Below, piece by piece: positions 10,147 through 20,013 of a stretch of DNA of 64,000 bases. Both the position numbers and the translations under genes were made by a program. The notes beneath the pieces are model-generated. The model ran no database searches. It was not told the DNA's origin and saw nothing but the letters and a program-made list of their open reading frames with translations. Positions within the stretch are counted from its first letter, which is position 1; the number at the start of each line of letters is the position of its first letter. Source of the stretch: Bdellovibrionales bacterium (GTDB taxonomy: Bacteria > Bdellovibrionota > Bdellovibrionia > Bdellovibrionales > UBA1609); contig CBDHDF010000010.1 of NCBI GenBank assembly GCA_965261545.1, positions 768,001 to 832,000 of the forward strand. Reading direction: 5' to 3'.

Positions 10147-11349
10147 TTAGTTGTCAAAACGGTCACCGTATTCAATGGCAAACCTGTTCATGGCTGGCTT
10201 CCAGTTGTGTAATGGTCGTGTCCATCGCTTAGAGGCCATTTTTATCGCTAAATATACAACTTTTAAAGCCGACCGATCACTGGGAAATATCTTACGATTT
10301 CTGATCGCCTTGCGGATCACGCTATTTAACGACTCTATGGCGTTTGTGGTATAAAAAATCTTTCTGATTTCATCCGGATAATCGAAAATAGTGATGAGAT
10401 TGTCCCAATTCCTACGCCAAGACTTTTCAATATTCGGATACTTTGAAGACCACTTGGTACAAAATTCCTCAAGGGCCTTTTCAGCTTCTGTCAGAGTCGT
10501 AGAGCCATAAATGGACTTGAGGTCTTGGGCGACAGCTTTCATATCCTTGGAAGGAACATAGCGAAGGGAATTGCGGACCATATGGACAATGCACAGTTGT
10601 ACTTTAGACTTGGGAAAAGCCGCTGAAATGGCTTGAGGAAAACCTGTAAGACCATCTACAGAAAATATAAATACGTCTTTCAACCCTCGATTTTGCAGCT
10701 CAGTCAAAACACTCAACCAAAACTTTGAACCCTCATTTTCAGAAATCCATAGGTCCAACAAGTCTTTCTGACCCTCCTCTGTAATACCAAGAGCTAGGTA
10801 AATCGCCTTATTAATAACTCTCTTGTCTTGATGGACCTTCACCACGATACAGTCCAAAAATACGATAGGGTAAGTGCTATCCAAGGGGCGGTTCTGCCAA
10901 GCCGTAACTTCATCAATAACAGCATCCGTCACGTTGGCTATCACTGAGTGGGATATCTCTGCACCATGGTAGAGGTCTTTGATAGCTCCTTGAATATCCC
11001 TGGTCGTCATTCCCCTCGCATAGAGGGTCAGAATACTGTCTTCAAAGCCCTCAAGACGAGTCTTGCCTTTGGGAATGACTTGGGGCTCAAAGGAGGCACT
11101 TCGGTCACGGGGGACCTGAAGCTCCACCTCGCCTTTCTCTCCCTTTATGGTCTTTCTACTGTAACCATTGCGAGTGTTGGATTTGCGGGTCTCAGACTTC
11201 TCATGCCTCTCATAACCTAGGTGATCGTCCATTTCCGCATTAAGAGCTGTCTCTAAAACAACCTTCATCAGTTGACCCGTTATGTCGGATAAATCCTTTT
11301 GGGTCTTGACGTTCTTCGCTAGTTCCTTGCCTATTGTCTTGATATCCAT
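10147..11349 (-). CDS. IS256-family transposase
   Basis: RNGY, VPRDR, YPIVFLD, QLCIVH and TTNAIES motifs. Confidence 0.95.
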   Translation of the reverse strand: MDIKTIGKELAKNVKTQKDLSDITGQLMKVVLETALNAEMDDHLGYERHEKSETRKSNTRNGYSRKTIKGEKGEVELQVPRDRSASFEPQVIPKGKTRLEGFEDSILTLYARGMTTRDIQGAIKDLYHGAEISHSVIANVTDAVIDEVTAWQNRPLDSTYPIVFLDCIVVKVHQDKRVINKAIYLALGITEEGQKDLLDLWISENEGSKFWLSVLTELQNRGLKDVFIFSVDGLTGFPQAISAAFPKSKVQLCIVHMVRNSLRYVPSKDMKAVAQDLKSIYGSTTLTEAEKALEEFCTKWSSKYPNIEKSWRRNWDNLITIFDYPDEIRKIFYTTNAIESLNSVIRKAIRNRKIFPSDRSALKVVYLAIKMASKRWTRPLHNWKPAMNRFAIEYGDRFDN

Positions 11350-11709
11350 TTTGCCTTCTCCTTTCAGGATGATAGTTCATCCTAATATGATTCGGCAGTT
11401 ACACAAAATAGTTTACAGGCTCTTTACACCCAACCCTCAACCAAGGAGTAAGTCACATGCAATCCAATATTGATCTCGAAAGCCCCCAAATGACGAGTTC
11501 GCGTCACAGATGACCATTTTATTCTACCAAAACTTGATTCTTCCTTCAAGTCAGAGCACCTTGTCGATCCAGAAAAACAAAAAAGGAATCGAAAATTTAA
11601 TCCTCAAATTTTCTTTTTTACCATTATCTATCTTATTTCCGGAACAAATTACGAAGGCTACCAAATCGCTCTTAAGACGGTATGGACTCATTTTGGTGAC
11701 CTGCTTCTC

Positions 11710-12756
11710 ATGCCAGTCAAAAGCAGTCTCAGCAAGATACGTCAAAGTATTTCTTACCTATTTTTCAAAGATATCTTTGAATCTTTGATTACAGACTACG
11801 AACCATTGAGAAAAACGTTTCATGGTTTTTATATCTATGCCATAGATGGCGACCAATTAGCACTTCCTCGCTCTAAAGATCTTTTAAAGGAGGGTTATTG
11901 TGGGTACCCTTGCCCAAATGAGATGGAAACTCATTTCTTACGTATGTATCTATCTCATGCTTATGACGTTTTATCGGGTGTGACAAAGAATCTTTGCTAT
12001 TCTCCCGCTCTGAACGAAATCGCCAATGCTATTCAAATGATAGGTAGTTTTGAGAGTAATAGCATAACTCTCTACGATAGGCTTTATTTATCTACAGAGA
12101 TTATTAAGGCCCATGCTCAAGCCAGTAACTTCTTTATTGCGCGTTGTAAGCGAGGCTCTACTTTTATCCCCATTGTAAATTTATTTAATGGCCCAGGTTG
12201 GTATTCACGAATGGTTATTGAGGGGGTGGTCATTCATCTCTATAAGTATAAAAACCCAAAGACTGGGGAGTTCTCTGTTTTGGCCACTAATCTTCCGCAT
12301 GGCTCCTTGGACAAGAAGGATATGGTTGCTCTTTACTCTCGTCGTTGGGAAATAGAAACGACATTTCGTGATTTTACATCGACAATGAAAATGGAGCAGT
12401 GGCACTCAACAAGCCTTAATGGAATATTGCAAGAGCTGTATTCTTATTTTTGGCTCTTCAATTATACAAAGATTCAAATGAGCATAAATGAGGATGAAGA
12501 CAGTGTGAATCAGTTGGTAAAAAATGACTACAAAAAACCTAACTTTAAACTGATTCTTGATTTCATAATGGATAGCATCCCTCTTTTTGTTGCGGGGCTC
12601 TATCAGAAATTTAGGAAGCAGATAAAGTTGCTGATGAAGATTTCAATGGAGAAGAGGAGGCACTTCAAAAGAAGCTATGAAAGGTCTATCAAAAGGGCTG
12701 GGAGTTCTTTTAAAAGAAATAGCTTAACGCAGAGGCAGAGGGGTGTGGTGGCTTAA
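11710..12756 (+). CDS. IS4-A transposase
   Basis: Near-identical to 8989-10035. Confidence 0.92.
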   Translation: MPVKSSLSKIRQSISYLFFKDIFESLITDYEPLRKTFHGFYIYAIDGDQLALPRSKDLLKEGYCGYPCPNEMETHFLRMYLSHAYDVLSGVTKNLCYSPALNEIANAIQMIGSFESNSITLYDRLYLSTEIIKAHAQASNFFIARCKRGSTFIPIVNLFNGPGWYSRMVIEGVVIHLYKYKNPKTGEFSVLATNLPHGSLDKKDMVALYSRRWEIETTFRDFTSTMKMEQWHSTSLNGILQELYSYFWLFNYTKIQMSINEDEDSVNQLVKNDYKKPNFKLILDFIMDSIPLFVAGLYQKFRKQIKLLMKISMEKRRHFKRSYERSIKRAGSSFKRNSLTQRQRGVVA

Positions 12757-12793
12757 GGAAACGGCATTGATCTAAGAGTCATTTCATTTTGCT

Positions 12794-14260
12794 TTATAGG
12801 CTTTGTGAGAAAACTTTAGCTTGGGGCTTTTGAGTTCGTAGCCTCATGTCTAGCCCCATACATGCATTTCGCAAAAAGGGGAGCCCCCTATTTGTGAGTT
12901 TCATAGCGCCACTTTCAATGACTACGAGTTTGTCGTCGATAAGAGGCTTTAAGAAACCCTTGAGGTCTGACTCTTGGGATTCATTGTGAAGCTTCACTTC
13001 AAACTGAGTCATAAAGGTAAGAATTTGCTCCCTTTGTTTTATATCCTCCTGGCTGAGTTGGTGCCCACGGAGGGTGGGAATCTGTCCCTTTTCTCCAACC
13101 CTTCTCTCATAAATGGGAAGAACCTTTTCATTTTGATGAAAGCATGTGGGAGATTCAGAAATAGAACTGACACCTAGGCCAAGAAGGGTGTGAGTTCTTT
13201 TGTCTGTGTAACCCATAAAGTTTCTGTGCAGCCCTTGGGTCACACAAGATTGGTATAAGGAGTCTTTTTTGAGGGCAAAGTGATCCATTCCGATTTCTGC
13301 ATATCCCGCCTCTATGAGATGGTGACGAGCCATATCGTAGAGGGCTCTTTTTGGGGCTCCTTCGGGGAGGTCTTCATCCTTAAAAAGTCTCTGAGCGGGC
13401 TTAATCCAGGGAACTTTGGCAAAACTGTAAAGGGCGATTCTTTCGGGCATCAGCTGAATGGTTTGCTCGATGGTTTTTTGAAAGCCCTTGAGATTTTGTC
13501 GAGGCAACCCGTAGATCAGATCAAAGTTCACGGAAGTATAACCTATTTGTCGTGCTGTTTCTGTTAAATTGGCTGTGGTGGAAAAGGGTTGTATACGGTT
13601 GATAAGTCTTTGAACTTCAAAATTGAAATCCTGAACACCCATACTTACTCGACGAAAGCCGATATCGTAGAGGGCTTGAAGCTGATCTCTTTGAGTGCGA
13701 CGGGGGTCGACCTCTAAGCTGGCCTCAAAGTCATGGTGGTTGATGGAGGTGGATTTCAAAATGGGCTCCACCATTCCAACAAGGTTTTGAGCCGACAAAA
13801 AAGTGGGAGTTCCGCCACCGAGATGAATTTGCTTGAGGGGCTGGTGCTTGAAGGCTTCCACTTGCTTGAGGTAGCTTTGCCACTCCTGATGGATGAGTTT
13901 TACATAGGGGATTTCGCGATCGTGATTGCGGGTGATGCTTGTGTTGCATCCGCAAAATGTGCAAAGCTGCTCACAGTAGGGAATGTGAATGTACAAGGAC
14001 CAACCGGCTTGGCTGGGGGGCAAGCCTTTTCTGAAAGAGAGATCATTTTTAGAAGAGAGGCTATTTTCAGAGGAGAGGTCATTTTCAAAGGAGAGGTCAT
14101 TTTCAGAAGAAAAGTCGCCCTTGGTGGAGAAGGCTTGATGAAGGGAATTTATCCATTGCTCTGTGGTGGGGGGGGCGGACCAATAGGGCACAGTGGGGTA
14201 GCTTGTGTATCTGGGGGCGGGAACATCGTATTTATTGAGAAGCTGGGGGTCTAAGCTCAC
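12794..14260 (-). CDS. hemN: Oxygen-independent coproporphyrinogen III oxidase
   Basis: PRYTSYP, LYIHIPYCxxxCxxC, GGGTP, IGMDHF and HRNFMGY motifs. Confidence 0.95.
   Translation of the reverse strand: MSLDPQLLNKYDVPAPRYTSYPTVPYWSAPPTTEQWINSLHQAFSTKGDFSSENDLSFENDLSSENSLSSKNDLSFRKGLPPSQAGWSLYIHIPYCEQLCTFCGCNTSITRNHDREIPYVKLIHQEWQSYLKQVEAFKHQPLKQIHLGGGTPTFLSAQNLVGMVEPILKSTSINHHDFEASLEVDPRRTQRDQLQALYDIGFRRVSMGVQDFNFEVQRLINRIQPFSTTANLTETARQIGYTSVNFDLIYGLPRQNLKGFQKTIEQTIQLMPERIALYSFAKVPWIKPAQRLFKDEDLPEGAPKRALYDMARHHLIEAGYAEIGMDHFALKKDSLYQSCVTQGLHRNFMGYTDKRTHTLLGLGVSSISESPTCFHQNEKVLPIYERRVGEKGQIPTLRGHQLSQEDIKQREQILTFMTQFEVKLHNESQESDLKGFLKPLIDDKLVVIESGAMKLTNRGLPFLRNACMGLDMRLRTQKPQAKVFSQSL
14037..14108 (-). 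repeat. 18-bp x4 in-frame repeat inside hemN
   Basis: gagaggtcattttcagaa-like units encoding SENDLS repeats. Confidence 0.85.
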
Positions 14261-15279
14261 GAGGTCAACCTCTTTCGCACATGTTCAACAATGTAGTGCA
14301 CATGCTTTTCTGGGGTTTGGGGAAGGAGGCCATGGCCCAAGCCGCAGATCCAACCCGCTCTTTCTTCAAGGGTTAAGTCTTCGATGGGCTTTAAGTAGCG
14401 ATCAAATTCCAAGCGAAAGAGCCTCTGATCACTAAAAAGTTGTGTTTGGTCAAAATTTCCCTGAATGGCTCCCCGTGGTCTTCTCTTAAGAAGTTGAGCC
14501 ATGTTCCAGCGATGATCCACTCCCACTCCCAACCAACCCCTGTGGTCCCAAAGGGACTGGAGGTGATCTGGGGTTGTTCCTTTGGAGTAGTACATGATTT
14601 TTCCTGGATGGGCCTTTGCCAATCTTTCCAGTGGGGGGAGGGCGAAGTGGCGAAACACATGGGGAGAAATCTCTCCGGCGGCGGTGTCTAGTACCATCAC
14701 GGCCTCGGCCCCACCCTCCAGTTGCAGATGGATGTTGCCAATAAGTAACTCTGTCAGTGGCTGAGAAAATTTTTCAAAAAGAGGGAGTTGGGATTTCGCT
14801 TCTTTAAGTGGGGCCTTGTGGCTTCCCTCCACGGCGTAGGAGAATAGGGTCCATGGACCTCCGACAAAGCCAATGAGGCTTTTGTGGGAGGGAAGCCGCT
14901 CCCTTGTGGCCAGCATAGCATTCTTTTGAAAGGTCATGGCTTCGAGGGCTTCTTCCATAGGCTTAAGGTCACTCAGATTTTGGTGGTTGAGTTTCCAGTG
15001 GAGTTGTGGACCGGGGTTATAGGTGAGCCCCATGCCCATGGCTTCTAGGGGGAAGAGCAGGTCACTGAAGAGAATGGAGACATCGAAGTCAAATTCGTCG
15101 ATGGGTCCAAGGGCCGTTTCTGCAGCGAGTTCGGGTTCTTTGCAGAGTTGAACAAAGGTGTATTTTTCCTTGAGTTTTTGGTAGTGGGAGTGATAGCGGC
15201 CAGCTTGGCGCATCATCCAAATAGGGGGTGTTTTTTGTGGAATCTTCCTCAGTGCATTTTGAAAGGCTTCATTGCCCAT
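14257..15279 (-). CDS. hemE: Uroporphyrinogen decarboxylase
   Basis: PIWMMRQAGRY, ILFSDLL, GFVGGPWT and GLGHG motifs. Confidence 0.95.
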   Translation of the reverse strand: MGNEAFQNALRKIPQKTPPIWMMRQAGRYHSHYQKLKEKYTFVQLCKEPELAAETALGPIDEFDFDVSILFSDLLFPLEAMGMGLTYNPGPQLHWKLNHQNLSDLKPMEEALEAMTFQKNAMLATRERLPSHKSLIGFVGGPWTLFSYAVEGSHKAPLKEAKSQLPLFEKFSQPLTELLIGNIHLQLEGGAEAVMVLDTAAGEISPHVFRHFALPPLERLAKAHPGKIMYYSKGTTPDHLQSLWDHRGWLGVGVDHRWNMAQLLKRRPRGAIQGNFDQTQLFSDQRLFRLEFDRYLKPIEDLTLEERAGWICGLGHGLLPQTPEKHVHYIVEHVRKRLTS

Positions 15280-15308
15280 GGGAATATCTCCTCATATTTC
15301 TTCTATCC

Positions 15309-16079
15309 TCATATTTCTTCTATCCTTATATTTCTTCTATCCTTGCGTAGAGTCCACCAAAAGCCCAACCCCATGGTGAGAAACAAAAGGCTCAGGGCTG
15401 TGGACAAACTAAGGCCGAAGATAAGGGGGCCTCGAAAATCATCTCGCAGGAATTCCATAAAGATTCTTCCCACAGAATGAAGAGAGAGCCAAAGAAAAAA
15501 AAGGGTTCCTGGGAACATAGGTTGCTTTTTCTTTTCTAAAAAAAGCAGCAAAAAACCTATGCCCCACTCTAAGATGCTTGCATAGATTTGAGTGGGGTGA
15601 CGGCTTTCTATCATGGTGGGAAGCGTCGTTGCCCATGGCAAGTGGGAGATCTTGCCATAACAGCAGCCACCCAAAAAACAGCCGATGCGTCCAAAGCCAT
15701 AGCCAAAAGCCACCACGGGGGCCATAAAATCAGCCCAAGGTCTCCAAGGCTCTTTGCTTATTTTGAAAATGACCCACCCAAGGAAAAATCCCCCCATGGC
15801 TCCACCGTAGAACACAAATCCCCCCTCCCAGAGCATAAAAATACGAAGGGGTTGCTCAAAATAAAAAGAAGGTTGTTCGTAGAAAACATGCATGAGGCGA
15901 CTTCCCACCAGAGAGCCCACCATAGTTCCTAGTCCAAGATTGAGAAGGATTTTTTGGGAGAAATTCTTTTTGTGGGCACGCCAAGAGGCCCAGATGATAG
16001 CCAACGAAAAGATTAAACTTATCGTTAAGACATAAGTGGAGATTTGAATAGATTCAGTAAGGATTATAGCGGGATACAC
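15309..16079 (-). CDS. lgt: Prolipoprotein diacylglyceryl transferase
   Basis: GGFVFYGG, GRIGCFLGGCCYG, HPTQIY and EFLRDD motifs; multi-TM. Confidence 0.92.
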   Translation of the reverse strand: MYPAIILTESIQISTYVLTISLIFSLAIIWASWRAHKKNFSQKILLNLGLGTMVGSLVGSRLMHVFYEQPSFYFEQPLRIFMLWEGGFVFYGGAMGGFFLGWVIFKISKEPWRPWADFMAPVVAFGYGFGRIGCFLGGCCYGKISHLPWATTLPTMIESRHPTQIYASILEWGIGFLLLFLEKKKQPMFPGTLFFLWLSLHSVGRIFMEFLRDDFRGPLIFGLSLSTALSLLFLTMGLGFWWTLRKDRRNIRIEEI

Positions 16080-16091
16080 GGGCGTTCTTGG

Positions 16092-16703
16092 TCATTGCTG
16101 GGCCTCTGTGACTGTGACCTTTCTGCTTTCTTTTGTTCCTACTCTCATTTTCGCGCCCACTCCTACTTCTACTTTGCCTTCCTCTTTTTCTTTCGCTTTC
16201 GCCTTCGCCTTCTCCTTTTCTTGCTCTTTGATATCAGCACTCATAATGATAAACAAGATGAACACTCCCACTACAATGGCGGAGTCTGCCACATTAAAAG
16301 CAGGAAAAGTATAAGCTCTCGACCAGTGAAAATCTAAGAAATCCACAACATAGCCAAAACGAAGGCGGTCAATATAGTTGCCCAAGGCTCCGCCAAATAT
16401 TCCAGAAAGGGACAAAATCTGCCAACGATCTATTTTGGAAACTCCCCTCAACATAAAAATAATGAGAACCATGGCAAGGGGGGGAACTGATAGTAAAAAG
16501 ACGGTACGAAAGGTGACATGGGCTTCCCTGAACATTCCAAAGGCAGCCCCTTCGTTACGCACATAGGTCAACTCAAAGAAGTTTTTAATGATTGTGTAGG
16601 ATTCACCTAAGTCAAATTGGGTGTGGATATATAGCTTTGTCACCTGGTCGAAAGTGATAATAAAACCTGTAACAGCGATCAAGATGAGGTATTTCTGGCT
16701 CAT
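16092..16703 (-). CDS. lspA: Lipoprotein signal peptidase II with a low-complexity C-terminal tail
   Basis: DQVTK, NEGAAFG, GALGNYIDR, VVDFL and FNVAD motifs. Confidence 0.95.
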   Translation of the reverse strand: MSQKYLILIAVTGFIITFDQVTKLYIHTQFDLGESYTIIKNFFELTYVRNEGAAFGMFREAHVTFRTVFLLSVPPLAMVLIIFMLRGVSKIDRWQILSLSGIFGGALGNYIDRLRFGYVVDFLDFHWSRAYTFPAFNVADSAIVVGVFILFIIMSADIKEQEKEKAKAKAKEKEEGKVEVGVGAKMRVGTKESRKVTVTEAQQ

Positions 16704-16750
16704 ACTCCATATTGTAACGATCTCTCTAGATGAATACTAGCCTTCTTTGC

Positions 16751-17059
16751 CTAAAAAGAGGAGCCCTTTTGGCTCTTTTGTTTTTTGTGACTAACGAGAT
16801 CTTTGAATTCTTTCCCAGGACGAAAGCGAGGAACTTTGACCTCGGGAATAATCAAGCTTTCGCCAGTTCGAGGGTGCCTGCCTGCCCGAGATTTTTTTGT
16901 CAAACGATCAAAAATACCAAAGCCGACAATTTTGATTTCTTCTCCCTTTGAAACCGATGTCTCAATAAGCTTGATGGCTGCATTGAGAAGGGCTTCAACA
17001 TCGGATTTTGTTAAGTGAGTATTTTGCGAGAGTTTGTTGATAAATTGAGATTTATTCAC
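16751..17059 (-). CDS. HU/IHF-family DNA-binding protein
   Basis: MNKSQ..., GFGIF, GRHPRTGE and PRFRPGK motifs. Confidence 0.93.
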   Translation of the reverse strand: MNKSQFINKLSQNTHLTKSDVEALLNAAIKLIETSVSKGEEIKIVGFGIFDRLTKKSRAGRHPRTGESLIIPEVKVPRFRPGKEFKDLVSHKKQKSQKGSSF

Positions 17060-17299
17060 ATTTGCCTTTCATATTCATAACTTCATTGAGCTAAAGATTT
17101 CTGGTTAAGGGAATATTCGCTTTTGGTTAAGGAAATACTAGCGGATCGCCTCTTTTATCTCAAGAGGAAACATGGACATGGTGAATCGTATGAGTTCCGA
17201 TATGATATGGATGGATAGATATGGATATAGGTATAGGTATAGGAAAGATGGTGCGACGCATCTTAAGACTCAACTTTTTATGCTTTGACCCTTTTTAGG

Positions 17300-17818
17300 C
17301 TACGCCGGTGTGCTATTTCTTATGGTGGCAATCCTATCAAGCCAAGCTCGTTCTTGCGTCAAATCAAAGCCAATAGCCTCTCCACCCTCTAGGACAGAAG
17401 AAAAAACACGCTTTAAGACTTCCACCTCAAGGGGGTGGCTTTCCATGTCCATGGCTTCTTCAATAGCCTCTAACACACTTATGAGATCTGGGGTTGTCAC
17501 CACCTTAGGCAAGCGCTTCATGTCTAAGCCCATTAAGGTACTGGGCTTAAATCCAATCAGGTTTTGGGTGAGTAGGAGTTTTCGGCCGTCCTGAAAGTTT
17601 ACTTGCAAAAAGTGCAAGCCATCTGTATCAACCCTTGAAATAATTTCTTCAATGAAGGTTGTCGTAAGAGAGAGGACCTTGCCATCGACTTTTTGTTTTA
17701 CTTTGATATCTTCCATCTGCGAGGTACTGATATTTTGCCCTTTTGAGGCTGAAACTTCCAAACCGGCAGAGGACTCTATAAAATCCGCAATTTTTGCAAA
17801 CACTACAACTCCTATCAC
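17300..17818 (-). CDS. Hypothetical protein (start uncertain)
   Basis: 172-aa ORF of globular composition in the housekeeping block. Confidence 0.7.
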   Translation of the reverse strand: MIGVVVFAKIADFIESSAGLEVSASKGQNISTSQMEDIKVKQKVDGKVLSLTTTFIEEIISRVDTDGLHFLQVNFQDGRKLLLTQNLIGFKPSTLMGLDMKRLPKVVTTPDLISVLEAIEEAMDMESHPLEVEVLKRVFSSVLEGGEAIGFDLTQERAWLDRIATIRNSTPA

Positions 17819-18056
17819 TGTCCTATATATACAATTAAGTTCACTTCTCTCAGATGTTCCCTTTGGAGCATAAAGGGAGAAAATGAGTGAGCAGTGACCT
17901 TGTTACTTTTTATGCAACTCCTTGTGTTTCCTACTCACCTCTATCGTCAATGTGAAAAAATAATTAAAGGTTAAAGGAGTTTTTTAGTTGATTGTCCTGG
18001 ACAAGTCTGGGAAGTAGTTAACTCAATGTTGAGATGTATCATGTGAGGTGTGTATC

Positions 18057-18362
18057 ATGCTTGTGTCCCGTTGGCAGGCCCCCATCCTACCTAAAAGAGA
18101 GCAAATTGTACTCATGTTGGAGGCAGAGGGTCTGAAAGCCTATGAAGAGTGCCTTCCACCTCAGCTTTTTATTCCAGACCATAGGCATCCATTTGACGAG
18201 GTGCGCATAGTTCTGTCTGGAGAACTCATCATCGATGTTTCAGGAAACAAACTCCTCCTCCGCGCAGGAGATAAGATTGTTATCCCCTCCAATACGAAGC
18301 ACTCAAAAAGTGTAGAGGGAGATATCGAGTGTGTTTGCATTTGTTCCAACACGCTTTATTGA
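18057..18362 (+). CDS. Cupin-domain protein
   Basis: HRHPFDE...GD.IVIPSNTKH; ATG follows GAGGTG. Confidence 0.88.
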   Translation: MLVSRWQAPILPKREQIVLMLEAEGLKAYEECLPPQLFIPDHRHPFDEVRIVLSGELIIDVSGNKLLLRAGDKIVIPSNTKHSKSVEGDIECVCICSNTLY

Positions 18363-18397
18363 TCAAAGAAATCACTCCAAAATACCGAAGAAGAAGC

Positions 18398-18949
18398 ATG
18401 GCAGAGAAACCCACCAATGTATCCGTCGGTGCACCTATTCATGCATTTGATACATCTCATGCATCAGGTGTATCTTTTGCATCTTTATCGTTGATTCATA
18501 TTTATTTGCAACATATGGGCCGGGAGGAAGTTGACTTGAAACTGTGGGTGGACTCCCTAGGAACTATTGCCCACTCTGAACTCTCTGGCATTGGAGGGCC
18601 ACAGTTTTTGAATATTCTTGAGAAATGGCGCCCTAAGCTGGTCGGTAAATTGTCTGAGTTGGGTGTTCCCAAGGGAAGGTGCCCTGGCTCCATGCTCATC
18701 CGTGAAGCTATTCTTAAGGCCTGTGGGAGGTGGAACTTTCCCGTGGAAAGTGAGTACCTTTGTCATTGTCGTGGCATTAAAACATCGATTGTCGATCGGG
18801 CTGTGATTACAGGGGCCCATCGCGCCGAAGAAGTTTCATCTCAAACCTCAGCTGGCACGGGGTGTGGTACCTGTTGGGAGGATATAAAGAGTGTGATTGC
18901 CTATCGCTTGGGTGGGTCAAAAGCTAAAGCTAAGACTAAAGCTTCTTAG
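18398..18949 (+). CDS. Protein with a C-terminal BFD-like [2Fe-2S] domain
   Basis: LCHCRG...AGTGCGTC; start uncertain. Confidence 0.8.
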   Translation: MAEKPTNVSVGAPIHAFDTSHASGVSFASLSLIHIYLQHMGREEVDLKLWVDSLGTIAHSELSGIGGPQFLNILEKWRPKLVGKLSELGVPKGRCPGSMLIREAILKACGRWNFPVESEYLCHCRGIKTSIVDRAVITGAHRAEEVSSQTSAGTGCGTCWEDIKSVIAYRLGGSKAKAKTKAS

Positions 18950-18968
18950 CTGGTTAGCTAGGTGAACT

Positions 18969-19991
18969 TTATCCTATCTTTGCATTGGCAAATCTATAGA
19001 GAATTTGATCTTTGAATTGGGGAACAATATCTTTGATATTTCCTTCAATAAAAGCACCCGCAGCAAACATATGGCCACCACCTTGAAAGTTCTCAGCAAT
19101 GCCAAGGACTTCAAACTTGCCCTTACTTCTCAAGCTGACCTTATGCCCATTTTTTTCTTGGCGGAAGAGAGCGGCCACCTGGACAGTGCTAATATTCATA
19201 ATCATATCAATAACATCACGGGCATCATCTGTACTGAGACCGTTGTCGCTGAGGTCCTTGGAAGTGAGGCACAGAACAGCAGCTTGTCCTTCGGCAAAAA
19301 AGTCAATTTCACCCAAAACCTTGGAAAGCAAAGTTACTTTACCCTGTGAATGTGTGGCAAATAGCTTTTGGTGTATTTCATCGGGATTTTTCTCAAAGTT
19401 TAATAGTTCGGCAGCAATAAGATGGGAAGCGGGGGAACTGCGAATGTACTTAAATACTTGTGTGTCAAAGGCAATACTCGCGTAAATGGACCGGGCAATC
19501 AAAGCATCTAGTTCCACACCTAGCTCCTTGATAAGTCCGTAGGCAATTTCACCAGTGCTGGCAGCTTGGGTATCAATGAAAGAGCCCGCAGTGGGCTTGG
19601 GCCCTTGTTTGAGGATAGGGTGGTGATCGACAAAAAGAATCTTTTGGCATTTTTTTGTGAGCTCTGTGTACAGAGGTTCCACCAATCTTTTATCGTTGGT
19701 ATCAAGTATAAGGGCTAGGTCGGTTTTTTCGATGGGCTGATGAGAGTCTTCAAAGATTTCAATGTACTTTCGAGGCTCTAGGAAAGAGTACTTGGGGGAA
19801 ATCGCATCCACACAAATAGCTCGCACAGGCTTTCCCATTTTTTTCAGGGCGTGGTAAAGGCCCAACTGGGAACCTAGACCATCGCCATCGCACTGTTTGT
19901 GGGTTGTGAGTAAGATATTTTGAGCCTCCTTGATGGAATGCGCCAAGGTTTGGAAGTCTGCTGCCTTTTTTGCACTTTGTTCATTTGCCAT
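18969..19991 (-). CDS. nrnA: DHH/DHHA1 oligoribonuclease/PAP phosphatase
   Basis: DGDGLGS, DHH, SLRS and GGGH.FAAG motifs. Confidence 0.9.
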   Translation of the reverse strand: MANEQSAKKAADFQTLAHSIKEAQNILLTTHKQCDGDGLGSQLGLYHALKKMGKPVRAICVDAISPKYSFLEPRKYIEIFEDSHQPIEKTDLALILDTNDKRLVEPLYTELTKKCQKILFVDHHPILKQGPKPTAGSFIDTQAASTGEIAYGLIKELGVELDALIARSIYASIAFDTQVFKYIRSSPASHLIAAELLNFEKNPDEIHQKLFATHSQGKVTLLSKVLGEIDFFAEGQAAVLCLTSKDLSDNGLSTDDARDVIDMIMNISTVQVAALFRQEKNGHKVSLRSKGKFEVLGIAENFQGGGHMFAAGAFIEGNIKDIVPQFKDQILYRFANAKIG

Positions 19992-20013
19992 TAAAGATCC
20001 TTTATCGATGGGC

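Larger units (their letters stand above)
8106..11422 (-). mobile_element. IS256-family element with a long 3' tail, itself carrying an IS4-A copy
   Basis: Imperfect 28-bp IRs gggactgtaaaaataattgtgtaactgc / gcagttacacaaaatagtttacaggctc; 8-bp TSD tttacacc at 8098-8105 and 11423-11430. Confidence 0.93.
8028..12769 (+). mobile_element. IS4-A, outer copy interrupted by IS256
   Basis: IRs caatgccgtttccttaag / cttaaggaaacggcattg; 10-bp TSD atctaagagt at 8018-8027 and 12770-12779. Confidence 0.95.
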
